The notes: a model not told the origin generated them from the letters alone. A DNA stretch of 64,000 bases from Minisyncoccia bacterium (GCA_041485695.1 JBGPJZ010000001.1:44697-108696); one strand, 5' to 3'. Positions 38,204 to 47,255 are shown, numbered from the stretch's first letter. Numbers and translations: made by a program.

Positions 38204-39943
38204 ATGACGGTGAATGAAGTACGGAAGCGATACTTAGACTTTTTTGAGAAAAGAGGGCACAAGGTAATACCCTCGGCGCCCATCGTGCCCGAGAATGACC
38301 CGACGACGCTTTTCACGTCGTCGGGGATGCAGCCTTTGGTGCCGTATTTGCTCGGGAAGGATCACCCGGAAGGGAAGCGGTTGGTAAACTCGCAACTTTC
38401 ATTTCGCGCGGGCGATATTGAAGAGGTGGGCGATAATCGCCACACCACTTTTTTCGAAATGCTCGGCAACTGGTCGTTGGGTGATTACTTTAAAAAAGAG
38501 CAATTGCCGTGGGTCTATGAATTTTTAACTACCGAACTAAAACTACCGAAAGAGCGGATATGGGTAACGTGCTTTGCAGGTGATGAAAATCTAGGTCTAC
38601 CAAAAGATACGGAGTCGGCAGAGATTTGGAAATCGCTCGGCGTGCCCGAAGACCGCATCCTTTTTTATGACGCCAAGAAGAATTGGTGGAGCCGCTCCGG
38701 CACGCCAGAGAAGATGCCGGCAGGGGAGCCAGGCGGCCCCGATTCTGAAATCTTTTATGACTTCGGCACGCCGCACGACTTTGCGTTTGGCGACGAGTGC
38801 CACCCTAACTGTGATTGCGGGCGTTTTATGGAGATTGGAAACTCGGTGTTTATGGAGTACATCAAAACTGCCGATGGTTTCGATAAGCTTCCGAAACGCA
38901 ATGTCGACTTCGGCGGTGGGCTCGAGCGCCTCACGGCCGCAACCCTCGGTAATCCGGATGTCTTCCTCATTGACGTGTTTGATGCGGCGCGTGAAGAGTT
39001 GGGGCGCCTCTCGGGTAAGCGGTATGAAGAATCCCTTGAAGTTACACGCGTATTCCGAATCATTTTAGATCACACACGTGCGGCTTCGGTGATGTTCGAT
39101 TTCGGCCTTCGACCCTCGAATACAGAACAAGGATACATACTCCGGCGATTAATTCGCCGCGCTATTCGTGAGGCCGACCGGCTCGGTATTACCGAAAATA
39201 TCTTAGCGGAAGTCGCTGGTGCGCACAGGGAAGAATTCCAGCAAGAAGAGGAACGATTCCGTAAAACTCTTACCCAAGGCATGCGGGAGCTCGAGAAGAT
39301 GGATCCGATTGACGCCTTTACTCTTTTTACGACCTACGGATTTCCGGTTGAACTCACGGCTGAAATAGCGGCAGAACGGGGGAAGCCGATCAATTTTGAA
39401 GAGGTAAAGACGCAAATGGAGGAGCATCAAGCGAAAAGCCGTGCAGGGGCGGCGCAAAAGTTCGCGGGGGGATTAGCGGATCATGCAGAGCAGACCATCC
39501 GCTACCACACGGCGCACCATATTTTACTCAAAGCGCTCCAGATGGTGCTCGGACCCGACGTCCACCAGCGGGGGAGCAATATCACAAGCGAACGGCTTCG
39601 CATCGATTTTTCGCATGGGCAAAAAATGACACCCGAACAGATTGCTCAAGTAGAAAGAATCGTGAATGAAAAGATAGCTGAAGCAATTCCCGTCATCCGC
39701 ACTGATATGAAGAAAGAAGAAGCAGAGAAGCTCGGGGCCGAGCACGAGTTCGGTGTTAAGTACCCCGATACTGTTTCAATCTACTCGGTGGGCCCGCTTG
39801 ATAGTGCATTTTCAATAGAATTCTGCGGCGGCCCGCATGTAGAGAATACAAAAGAGTTAGGTGCCGGCGGGAAGAAATTCGAAATCCTGAAAGAAGAGGC
39901 GTCTTCAGCCGGTGTGCGTCGCATCAAAGCGGTGCTCCAATAG
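38204..39943 (+). CDS. alaS: Alanine--tRNA ligase, short form lacking the C-terminal C-Ala domain
   Basis: Class II catalytic core FTSSGMQP. Editing-domain HTAHHIL...CGGPHV. 579 aa vs about 870 canonical. TATCGT 7 nt before the ATG. Confidence 0.85.
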   Translation: MTVNEVRKRYLDFFEKRGHKVIPSAPIVPENDPTTLFTSSGMQPLVPYLLGKDHPEGKRLVNSQLSFRAGDIEEVGDNRHTTFFEMLGNWSLGDYFKKEQLPWVYEFLTTELKLPKERIWVTCFAGDENLGLPKDTESAEIWKSLGVPEDRILFYDAKKNWWSRSGTPEKMPAGEPGGPDSEIFYDFGTPHDFAFGDECHPNCDCGRFMEIGNSVFMEYIKTADGFDKLPKRNVDFGGGLERLTAATLGNPDVFLIDVFDAAREELGRLSGKRYEESLEVTRVFRIILDHTRAASVMFDFGLRPSNTEQGYILRRLIRRAIREADRLGITENILAEVAGAHREEFQQEEERFRKTLTQGMRELEKMDPIDAFTLFTTYGFPVELTAEIAAERGKPINFEEVKTQMEEHQAKSRAGAAQKFAGGLADHAEQTIRYHTAHHILLKALQMVLGPDVHQRGSNITSERLRIDFSHGQKMTPEQIAQVERIVNEKIAEAIPVIRTDMKKEEAEKLGAEHEFGVKYPDTVSIYSVGPLDSAFSIEFCGGPHVENTKELGAGGKKFEILKEEASSAGVRRIKAVLQ

Positions 39944-39958
39944 TTTATACTTAACCCA

Positions 39959-41002
39959 ATGAGTTTCTTTGGGAATCTTTTCGGCACTAAGAAAACAGCC
40001 GAGTCGGTTGCGCTGATTGAAATCGGGCCGGATTCTATCGCGGGCGGCTTTGGATATTTTAAACGTGGCGAGACCCCGCTTATCGTCTATGCGAGCCGTG
40101 CGCCGATACAACAAGCGCAGGGTGAGTCCCCCGTGCAGGCCACGGTGCGCACCTTAGACGTTCTTGGCCAAAGCCTTATTGGCCAAGGGGCTCCTTTACT
40201 CCTCCGGGCAGCCGGGAGCGGGCGCATCGATTCAGTACTGGTCTCGGTCAAAGCTCCGTGGCAAGAGACCACTATCCGCTCTGAAAAGATCGAACGTACG
40301 GAGCGCTTCTTCTTCACTCGCGCGCTCCTCAACACGGCGCTCGTCAAGTCGGCAGAGGCTCCCCAAGGTCGCCTCCTTGCTGACGAAATCGTCGTGGGTA
40401 CCATCCTTGACGGCTACGAAACCAAGAAGGCGATCGGCAAGCGTGCAAGCCGCGTAAGCATCATCGTGCTTTCATCGTTCATCGACGAACAGCTCTCGCT
40501 CGCGATTGCAGAAGGGTTGCGCAAGCTTTTTCATACCACCTCCATCCGGCTTGTCGCGGCTGCGGCGATTCGTTACGAGGCGCTGCAGGCAGTCTTCCCG
40601 CATGAAGATGAATACCTGACCGTCGATATCACTGGCGGCGCCATCGTGACCACGCTCATCCGCCGTGGGCTCCTCTCTGCCGTTGAGCACGCCACGGCAG
40701 ATACCGCTCCAGGCATTCAAGACGCGTGGCTTGGAGCTCTCACAAAAACGCTTGAGGCAATCACGAAGCGCTATCCCTTGCCGCGCAAAGTGCTCCTCCT
40801 TGCTGCCGAGAGCGACCGGGCGGCTTTGAAACAAAAAATCGAGGGGGCTCCGCTCGCATCGCTCCGCCTCTCTGAAGATCCTCCAGCCGTGATTCCCATC
40901 TCGCCCTCGAATCTCACCGACATCGTGCGCATTGCCGAGAATGTCGAGCCAGACCTCGGGTTGGAGCTCATGGCAGCTTTTTGGCGTAAGGTCGAGAGCT
41001 AA
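39959..41002 (+). CDS. Actin-fold ATPase-like protein (FtsA/PilM/MreB superfamily)
   Basis: N-terminal LIEIGPDSIAGGFGYF (phosphate-1-like) and LTVDITGGAIVTT (phosphate-2-like). Confidence 0.4.
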   Translation: MSFFGNLFGTKKTAESVALIEIGPDSIAGGFGYFKRGETPLIVYASRAPIQQAQGESPVQATVRTLDVLGQSLIGQGAPLLLRAAGSGRIDSVLVSVKAPWQETTIRSEKIERTERFFFTRALLNTALVKSAEAPQGRLLADEIVVGTILDGYETKKAIGKRASRVSIIVLSSFIDEQLSLAIAEGLRKLFHTTSIRLVAAAAIRYEALQAVFPHEDEYLTVDITGGAIVTTLIRRGLLSAVEHATADTAPGIQDAWLGALTKTLEAITKRYPLPRKVLLLAAESDRAALKQKIEGAPLASLRLSEDPPAVIPISPSNLTDIVRIAENVEPDLGLELMAAFWRKVES

Positions 41003-41066
41003 TCGTATCCACTCCTCGCCGGGGCTTGCGGTGTTACTTTTTCCGAAGTAGCCTATACTATCCTCT

Positions 41067-42284
41067 ATGAGAACACTCGATGACATCATCCCACCGTCAC
41101 GTCGCCCGCAATCGGCTGAAGCGGTTCCGCCCGCGCCCGCGCCAAGATTCCGCACGCGAGGGCGCTTCCCCTTAGGGACGCTCGTCGTCGTCCTCCTTAT
41201 CGTCGCCGTTTCGGCCGGGGCGCTGTTCTATTTCTCGAGCGCGCTTGTTAAGGTTACGCCTCAATCGCGCACGGCGACCCTCGCTAGTGCCGCGCTTACG
41301 GCTACCGCAGGGACGGGGGACCTCTCCTTTGAAATCGTTACTGTTCAAAAAGTCGCGTCACAGTCGGTCACAAGCTCGGGCACGCGTGCAGTAAGCTCGT
41401 CCGCGCAAGGCACGATTACGATTTATAACGCCCAAAGCACGACTCAAAAGCTTATCGTCAATACTCGTTTCCAGACTGCGAGCGGCTTGGTCTACCGTGT
41501 CCACGCGCCGGTCACCATACCGGGGGCGAAGGGTGGCACGCCGGGGAGCGTGAATGCAACCGTCTACGCCGACAAGCAGGGGAGCCAGTATAATGTCGGC
41601 CCCACCTCCTTTACGCTCCCTGGCCTCTCGGGTACGCCCCAATTTACGCAAGTCACTGCCAAATCGGCCTCCGCCATGACCGGTGGCGCCTCCGGCAATG
41701 AGCCCGTCGTAGCCGAGGGAACCGAGTCGGCTACCCGCGCTGCCTTGATGGACTCGCTCGGGAAGGATCTCACGACGGCGCTCGCAGCAGAGGTACCCAA
41801 AGGGTACGTGCTCCTCCCGGGCGCCTCTGATACGAGCTACGCGCCTATGCCTACCGTTGCCGGCACAGGCGCCGGTATGGCAGATCTCAAAGAACAGGGC
41901 ACCATGCGGGGCGTTATCCTCCCTGAGGAAGCACTCGCAAAGGTGGTCGCGACAAACGGGCTCGGCGCTACTTACAAAGGCGAGACGGTTGTCCTAGGCG
42001 ATGTTAGTACCCTCATACTTAAGCCCGCGACCGCCTTCCCCGCAGCCGGCGACCAATCGTTTGCCTTCACGCTCTCTGGGACGGCAACGGTCATCTCGGT
42101 CATTGACCCGGCGCGCGTGAGCGCCGCGGTCGCTGGCAAGGACAGAGCCGCTGCAGAGTCCGTTTTGAAACAGTACACCGAGGTGCGGCAAGCCATCCTC
42201 GTGCTACGCCCCTTCTGGCGCTCCTCATTCCCCGAGGACCCGGCGCAAATCAAGGTGGAAGTCCTCCCGGCGGCCTCCAATTGA
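41067..42284 (+). CDS. Bitopic membrane protein with a Pro-rich cytoplasmic N-terminus, one TM and a large S/T/G-rich extracytoplasmic domain
   Basis: TM LGTLVVVLLIVAVSAGALFYF. No recognised motif. Confidence 0.5.
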   Translation: MRTLDDIIPPSRRPQSAEAVPPAPAPRFRTRGRFPLGTLVVVLLIVAVSAGALFYFSSALVKVTPQSRTATLASAALTATAGTGDLSFEIVTVQKVASQSVTSSGTRAVSSSAQGTITIYNAQSTTQKLIVNTRFQTASGLVYRVHAPVTIPGAKGGTPGSVNATVYADKQGSQYNVGPTSFTLPGLSGTPQFTQVTAKSASAMTGGASGNEPVVAEGTESATRAALMDSLGKDLTTALAAEVPKGYVLLPGASDTSYAPMPTVAGTGAGMADLKEQGTMRGVILPEEALAKVVATNGLGATYKGETVVLGDVSTLILKPATAFPAAGDQSFAFTLSGTATVISVIDPARVSAAVAGKDRAAAESVLKQYTEVRQAILVLRPFWRSSFPEDPAQIKVEVLPAASN

Positions 42285-42323
42285 CGGCTTAGTAGCCTAA
42301 TGCTAAGGTAATTTGGTATCCGC

Positions 42324-42566
42324 ATGAATGAAGCGAGAGAGAAACAGACGGCGACAGGCGTCGTCGAGGAGGTGCTACCTGACTCACTGTTTCGCGTACG
42401 TGTCGCTCCAGCGGAGGACGGGACCCCTCCCAAAGAGGAGCTCGTGCTCGCATATCTTGCGGGGAAGATGCGCATGAATCGCATCCGGGTCTTGATGGGA
42501 GACAAGGTTGAGATGGTTATCGACCCCTACGGGGGCAGGGCGCGCATCGTTCGACGGCTTACTTGA
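42324..42566 (+). CDS. infA: Translation initiation factor IF-1
   Basis: S1-like GKMRMNRIRVLMGDKVEMVIDPY aligns to IF-1 ([24 protein letters not shown]). Confidence 0.9.
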   Translation: MNEAREKQTATGVVEEVLPDSLFRVRVAPAEDGTPPKEELVLAYLAGKMRMNRIRVLMGDKVEMVIDPYGGRARIVRRLT

Positions 42567-42590
42567 TTTCTTAATTTTATCTAACGATAC

Positions 42591-42707
42591 ATGAAGGTTC
42601 GGGCATCTATCAAAAAGCAGCAACCAGGAGATTTGCTCGTCCGCCGAGGCGGGCGTTTATATCGTATCAACAAGCGTAACCCGCGCCGTAAGGCTCGCCA
42701 GGGCTAA
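42591..42707 (+). CDS. rpmJ: 50S ribosomal protein L36, Zn-independent (YkgO/RpmJ2-type, no Cys)
   Basis: 38-aa [41 protein letters not shown]. It lies between infA and rpsM. It is missing from the ORF track because it is under 60 aa. Confidence 0.85.
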   Translation: MKVRASIKKQQPGDLLVRRGGRLYRINKRNPRRKARQG

Positions 42708-42736
42708 CAGCTATGTATAGCAAATTAAACTAGCGT

Positions 42737-43117
42737 ATGCGTATTTCCGGCGTCACCATCCCCGATGATAAGCAGCTAGCTTACTCGCTGCCGTTGATCT
42801 ACGGCATCGGGCCGACGCGCGCCAAAGATATCCTCACCAAGGCGGGTATCGCCTTCTCTAAAAAAGGCAGCGAGCTCACCTCGGACGAAGAGCAGAAGGT
42901 CCGCGCCTTGGCAGAGGGCTACACCATCGAGGGCGAGCTCCGCCGCGAGATTGGGCAGAACATCAAGCGCTTGAAGGACATCAAGAGCTGGAGGGGCAAC
43001 CGCCACGAGCGTGGGCTCCCGGTCAGGAATCAACGCACCAAGACGAACTCGCGCACGCGCCGCGGCAACGTCCGCAAGACTATGGGAAGCGGCCGCCGTA
43101 CGCTCGAAAAGACATAA
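42737..43117 (+). CDS. rpsM: 30S ribosomal protein S13
   Basis: MRISGVTIPDDKQLAYSLPLIYGIGPTRAKDIL. Confidence 0.95.
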   Translation: MRISGVTIPDDKQLAYSLPLIYGIGPTRAKDILTKAGIAFSKKGSELTSDEEQKVRALAEGYTIEGELRREIGQNIKRLKDIKSWRGNRHERGLPVRNQRTKTNSRTRRGNVRKTMGSGRRTLEKT

Positions 43118-43123
43118 ACCAGT

Positions 43124-43558
43124 ATGGGTAAAAAACGCATCATCAAGAAAAGCGGCAAGGGCCTCGACCAGGGGCGCAAAGAACGTGCGCTCTCGAAGGT
43201 TTCGAAGCGCCACCTTGAGAAGGGCATCCTCCACATCGAGGCGACTTTTAATAACACCAAGGCGACCTTGACCGACGAAAAGGGCAATGCCGTCGTCTCC
43301 TCGTCGGCAGGCGCGCTCGGCTTCAGCGGTGCGCGCAAGTCGACGCCCTACGCCGCCGCAAAGGTAGGCGAACTTATCGGCGAGAAGGGCGCGATGATTG
43401 GCCTCAAGGAGGCGACCGTCGTCATCAGCGGGGTAGGCGCTGGCCGCGAGTCGGCCTTGCGCGCCTTTGCCGGCAAGGGTATCCAGATACGCTCTATCAA
43501 GGACGCGACGCCTATTCCGCACAACGGCCCGCGCCCGCCTAAGCCTCGCCGCGTCTAG
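43124..43558 (+). CDS. rpsK: 30S ribosomal protein S11
   Basis: ILHIEATFNNTKATLTD...GFSGARKSTPYAA. Confidence 0.95.
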   Translation: MGKKRIIKKSGKGLDQGRKERALSKVSKRHLEKGILHIEATFNNTKATLTDEKGNAVVSSSAGALGFSGARKSTPYAAAKVGELIGEKGAMIGLKEATVVISGVGAGRESALRAFAGKGIQIRSIKDATPIPHNGPRPPKPRRV

Positions 43559-43559
43559 T

Positions 43560-44171
43560 ATGAAAACCGGACCACGATTCAAGATAGCGAAGCGGCTCGG
43601 CGCCTCTGTGTTCGAAAAAGCACAGTCGCAAAAGTTCGCGCTCTCGGCTGACCGCTCTGCAAAGAATAAGAAGGGCGGTCGCGGCGGCCGTAGCGAGTAC
43701 GGCAAGCAGATGCTCGAGAAGCAAAAAGTGCGCGTGACTTATGGGGTGACCGAGCGCCAATTCCGCAATTACGTGCGCAAGTCCTTGATGGCGGGCGTCG
43801 GCACGCCGCTTGAGCGCCTCCACGCGTCTCTTGAACTCCGCCTCGACAATGTCATCTACCGCATGGGGCTCGTCACAACTCGCCGCGCCGCGCGCCAGAT
43901 GGTCGCTCACGGGCACATAGTGGTAAATGGTAAGAAAGTGCGCATCCCCTCGTACCGCGTCGAAGAGCGCGACAAGATCTCGGTACGCGAGGGGAGTAAG
44001 GCGCACGGTTCGTTTGTGAACTTCGCCGAGCGTTTCGCCGAGCGCCCTTTGCCCTCATGGCTCATGTGGGACGCGGGCCAGATGGAGGGAGGCATTAAGA
44101 CGGTGCCGACCGCCGAGAACGCTGACCCGGCAGGCGATTTGCGTGCAGTGCTTTCGTTCTACACCCGCTAG
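43560..44171 (+). CDS. rpsD: 30S ribosomal protein S4
   Basis: MKTGPRFKIAKRLG... and S4 domain. ATG one nt after the rpsK stop. Confidence 0.92.
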   Translation: MKTGPRFKIAKRLGASVFEKAQSQKFALSADRSAKNKKGGRGGRSEYGKQMLEKQKVRVTYGVTERQFRNYVRKSLMAGVGTPLERLHASLELRLDNVIYRMGLVTTRRAARQMVAHGHIVVNGKKVRIPSYRVEERDKISVREGSKAHGSFVNFAERFAERPLPSWLMWDAGQMEGGIKTVPTAENADPAGDLRAVLSFYTR

Positions 44172-44217
44172 ATTTATCCTGTTACATTTATTCACCGCAG
44201 GTAATTACGATTGAGTT

Positions 44218-45162
44218 ATGGAATACCACATCACACTACCCAGCAAGCCTCGTGTCGTCTCTGAAAAGGACCTTCAAGGCGTTTATGAAATAGATTCTTT
44301 GTACCCGGGCTACGGCCACACCTTGGGGAACTCGCTCCGCCGTATCATCCTTTCGTCCCTCCCGGGTGCGACCGTCACTTCGGTAAAGATCGAGGGCATC
44401 CCGCACGAGTTTGCGACCATCGAGGGCATGCGCGAGACCGTTATCGAGCTCCTCTTGAACCTCAAGCGCGTGCACTTCATCCTTCATGGCGACGAGCCGC
44501 AGACCATCAAGCTTAAGGTCAAGGGTCCGAAGAGCGTCACGGCAGCAGATTTTGAAATGCCTTCGCAAGTGGAGATTAAGAACCCAGAGCAGAATGTGTG
44601 TGAGATTAGCGGCAAGAACGAGCTCGAGCTCGAGGCGACGATTGAGCGCGGCCTCGGCTACGTGCCGCGCGAGACGCTGACCAAAGAAAAGGTAGACATC
44701 GGCACCATCGCGCTTGATGCGACCTTCACCCCGATTCGCCGCGTGAATTACGAAGTGGAGAACATGCGCGTTGGCGACCGTACCGACTTTAACCGTCTCC
44801 GCATCCTGATAGAGACGAACGGCACCATCATGCCGCGCGAAGCCTTGGAGAAGTCGATAGAGACCATGATCCACCAGCTTAAGGCGGTTATCGGCTTTCA
44901 AGAAGAGCCGGTCCTTACCTCAAACTCTGCTAATGAAGATCCAGTTGCCCTCACTGGCGACGCAAGCAAGGCAAAGGTTGCCGAGCTCGGCCTCTCGGCG
45001 CGCATCGTTTCAGCGCTTGAAGATGCCGGCATCAAGAGCGCCGCAGGCCTCGCTCGCAAAACTGCCTCGGCCTTGAAAGAGCTCGAGGGCATTGGCGACA
45101 GGGCGGTCACCGAGATAGAAGAGGCTCTTAGCAAGCTCGGCCTCGCGCTTAAGGGCGAATAA
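44218..45162 (+). CDS. rpoA: DNA-directed RNA polymerase subunit alpha
   Basis: N-terminal dimerisation domain. C-terminal domain LGLSARIVSALEDAGIKSAAGL. Confidence 0.95.
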   Translation: MEYHITLPSKPRVVSEKDLQGVYEIDSLYPGYGHTLGNSLRRIILSSLPGATVTSVKIEGIPHEFATIEGMRETVIELLLNLKRVHFILHGDEPQTIKLKVKGPKSVTAADFEMPSQVEIKNPEQNVCEISGKNELELEATIERGLGYVPRETLTKEKVDIGTIALDATFTPIRRVNYEVENMRVGDRTDFNRLRILIETNGTIMPREALEKSIETMIHQLKAVIGFQEEPVLTSNSANEDPVALTGDASKAKVAELGLSARIVSALEDAGIKSAAGLARKTASALKELEGIGDRAVTEIEEALSKLGLALKGE

Positions 45163-45166
45163 ACCT

Positions 45167-45520
45167 ATGGCATCTCGCAGCAAAGCACGTTCATTCAACC
45201 GACCGGTTAACCAGCGCCGGGCTTTGCTGCGCTCACTTGCGCGCTCACTCATCATCCACGAGCGCGTCTCGACGACCGAAGCGAAGGCTAAGGAGCTCCG
45301 TCCCTTTATCGAGCGCCTCGTCACCTACGGCAAGAAAAATACGCTTGCATCCCGCCGGCTCGCCATCGCAAAATTGGGTGACAAGGCGGCAGTAAAAAAG
45401 CTCTTCGACGCTATCGCCCCGCGCTACACCGAGCGAGCCGGCGGTTATACCCGCGTCGTGAAGCGCGCGGCGCGCGGCTCTAACGATGCCCGCAAGCTTG
45501 CGTACATCCTGTTTGTATGA
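45167..45520 (+). CDS. rplQ: 50S ribosomal protein L17
   Basis: NRPVNQRRALLRSLARSLIIHERVSTTEAKAKELR. Confidence 0.95.
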   Translation: MASRSKARSFNRPVNQRRALLRSLARSLIIHERVSTTEAKAKELRPFIERLVTYGKKNTLASRRLAIAKLGDKAAVKKLFDAIAPRYTERAGGYTRVVKRAARGSNDARKLAYILFV

Positions 45521-45539
45521 GAAATATAACCAGCGTAGG

Positions 45540-45613
45540 AGAAAGATGCCGAGAAAACAGTCTGGCCGAGCCGCAGGCGAGGAGAACCGAGGACTTTTTC
45601 GCAGGCGCTTTCT
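45540..45613 (-). repeat. Copy 3 of the about 75-bp REP-like repeat (reverse orientation), between rplQ and rplM. The loop variant is UGCG
   Basis: The reverse complement matches the copies at 903-976 and 36112-36185. On the plus strand it supplies aggagaaagATG in frame with rplM. Confidence 0.85.
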
Positions 45614-45626
45614 CCGCAGCATAATT

Positions 45627-45983
45627 ATGATGAAAGCCGCCACCCATACGATAGACGCGACGAACCGCACGCTTGGCCGCGTGGCTAGCGAGGCCGCGCA
45701 CGCCTTGCTTGGTAAGCGCTCGGCGAACTACGCCCAGAACGAGGCGCAAGCCATTAAGGTCACCATCGAAAACACCTCAAAGCTCCACCTCCCAGAGCGC
45801 CGTGTCGCGGGCAAGGTCTACACCCGCTACACTGGTTGGCCGGGCGGCTTCTTTAAGATGGGAATGAAGGAGATGATTGAGAAGAAGGGAATCGAAGAGG
45901 TCGTCCGCAAAACGGTCGACGGCATGCTCCCTAGGAACAAGCTCCGCGCGCCTCGGATGAAAAATTTGACTATCCATGCCTAA
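45627..45983 (+). CDS. rplM: 50S ribosomal protein L13
   Basis: MMKAATHTIDATNRTLGRVASEAA aligns to L13 (..WYVVDATGKTLGRLA..). An upstream in-frame ATG at 45546 lies inside the repeat and is considered unlikely. Confidence 0.9.
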   Translation: MMKAATHTIDATNRTLGRVASEAAHALLGKRSANYAQNEAQAIKVTIENTSKLHLPERRVAGKVYTRYTGWPGGFFKMGMKEMIEKKGIEEVVRKTVDGMLPRNKLRAPRMKNLTIHA

Positions 45984-46380
45984 CAAAAACTCTGCATACG
46001 TTATGGCGGTAGGCCGCCGCAAGACTTCAACCGCATCGGTCCGCATGTTGGCGGGCAAAGACCCTACCATCCGCATCAACGGCTTGACTCCTATCGAATA
46101 TTTCAAGACTGCAGACCGCGTTGACGTCGTTGAAGAGGCTTTGAAGAAGGCCGAGAGCGCGAACGTGTACTCTGTCTCGGCGCACGTCGAGGGCGGCGGT
46201 ATCTCGTCGCAGGCTGGCGCTGTGCGCCACGCTATCGCGCGCGGCCTCATCAAGGCAGAGCCGAACCTCCGCGGCACCCTTAAAAAGCTCGGCTTCCTTA
46301 CCCGCGACCCTCGCGCCAAAGAACGCAAGAAACCAGGCCTCAAAAAAGCCCGCAAAGCTCCGCAATGGTCAAAGCGATAG
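45976..46380 (+). CDS. rpsI: 30S ribosomal protein S9
   Basis: GGGISSQAGAVRHAIARGL, and C-terminal ...APQWSKR. Confidence 0.95.
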   Translation: MPNKNSAYVMAVGRRKTSTASVRMLAGKDPTIRINGLTPIEYFKTADRVDVVEEALKKAESANVYSVSAHVEGGGISSQAGAVRHAIARGLIKAEPNLRGTLKKLGFLTRDPRAKERKKPGLKKARKAPQWSKR

Positions 46381-47015
46381 ATTGGAAAGCCGTAAGGATC
46401 CTCACTCTTTTTCTTCCACCCGTTTTATTTACGCTTATTATAAGCTCGCAATTCTCTGCAGAAGAAGTTTTCCCAGTACCCGACAAAACCAATGTGGACG
46501 TAATTTACAGCCCTGGAGAGATTGTAAGTGGACTGATTGCTAACCAAGAACGACACCTCAAATTTCTTAACCCAATAATTAATCCTGAATGGTTCCTTTA
46601 CACCACGCAAGTCATCAATAGTATGAAATTTGCTGTTATTTCAAAAACAGCAACCCCGCCATATGTGGAGGACAAAATCTCGCTGGTGCTTATTGTAAAT
46701 GGGCATCAAACCAAAATAAAGTACGGAAATTACGAAACAGTTTTTGACCAAACTCGAGACGAAATTTTATCAGGACTAACTGGATATATGTTTGTCTTCG
46801 AAGAAAACCACAATCAGCAGTATGCTTCTAATTCTTATATTGAATTCCAACATTCTAGCGACCAGGGGTGGGCATTTGTCAAAATCTATTTATCAGGCCT
46901 TTCACTCTTGATTATATTAATATCTTCCTTTATTGCTTGGGGAGGTTTTATTATTTTTACAAAACCACTTTATCAATTCCTTACTCGTGGAGAGCAGTGG
47001 TATCACAAGCCGTAA
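46365..47015 (+). CDS. Hypothetical 2-TM membrane protein encoded in a sharply AT-rich island (about 38-40% GC)
   Basis: 216-aa ORF overlapping the rpsI 3' end by 16 nt. N- and C-terminal TM helices. Composition contrasts with the about 60% GC surroundings. Confidence 0.55.
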   Translation: MVKAIDWKAVRILTLFLPPVLFTLIISSQFSAEEVFPVPDKTNVDVIYSPGEIVSGLIANQERHLKFLNPIINPEWFLYTTQVINSMKFAVISKTATPPYVEDKISLVLIVNGHQTKIKYGNYETVFDQTRDEILSGLTGYMFVFEENHNQQYASNSYIEFQHSSDQGWAFVKIYLSGLSLLIILISSFIAWGGFIIFTKPLYQFLTRGEQWYHKP

Positions 47016-47166
47016 AGGTTAATGTCATCGATAACGATAGCGCGGAAGGCGTAGTGGGGAGATTGTAACCTAACCGGCAAGAGGGGAGTTGTAGGGGATA
47101 GACTTGGACATTCGTATTTATACGATTTTTCAGACCACGCTACGGCGACCTGTCACACAGGTAATT

Positions 47167-47195
47167 CCCATCACTTTGTTGATGGGTTCTTTATA
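47167..47195 (+). terminator. Hairpin terminator (cccatca-ctttgt-tgatggg + T-rich)
   Basis: 7-bp stem followed by ttctttatatat. Confidence 0.45.
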
Positions 47196-47200
47196 TATAA

Positions 47201-47237
47201 AAAGAAAAAGCCCCGGGCGGTGAAGCGCGGGGCTTTT
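47201..47237 (-). terminator. Rho-independent terminator of the 47615..47256 minus-strand pair
   Basis: gccccgggcgg...cgcggggc hairpin, with tttttcttttt following on the minus strand. Confidence 0.65.
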
Positions 47238-47255
47238 GAGTCGAGGGCGGGACGT

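Noticed and set aside
42776-43705. 309-aa minus-strand ORF
   Set aside because: Antisense to rpsM-rpsK-rpsD. R/A/L-rich translation typical of GC-rich antisense frames.
45546-45626. Longer rplM start at the ATG inside the inverted repeat
   Set aside because: The extension does not align to the L13 N-terminus and is created by the repeat insertion. Kept as a finding, not as the primary gene model.
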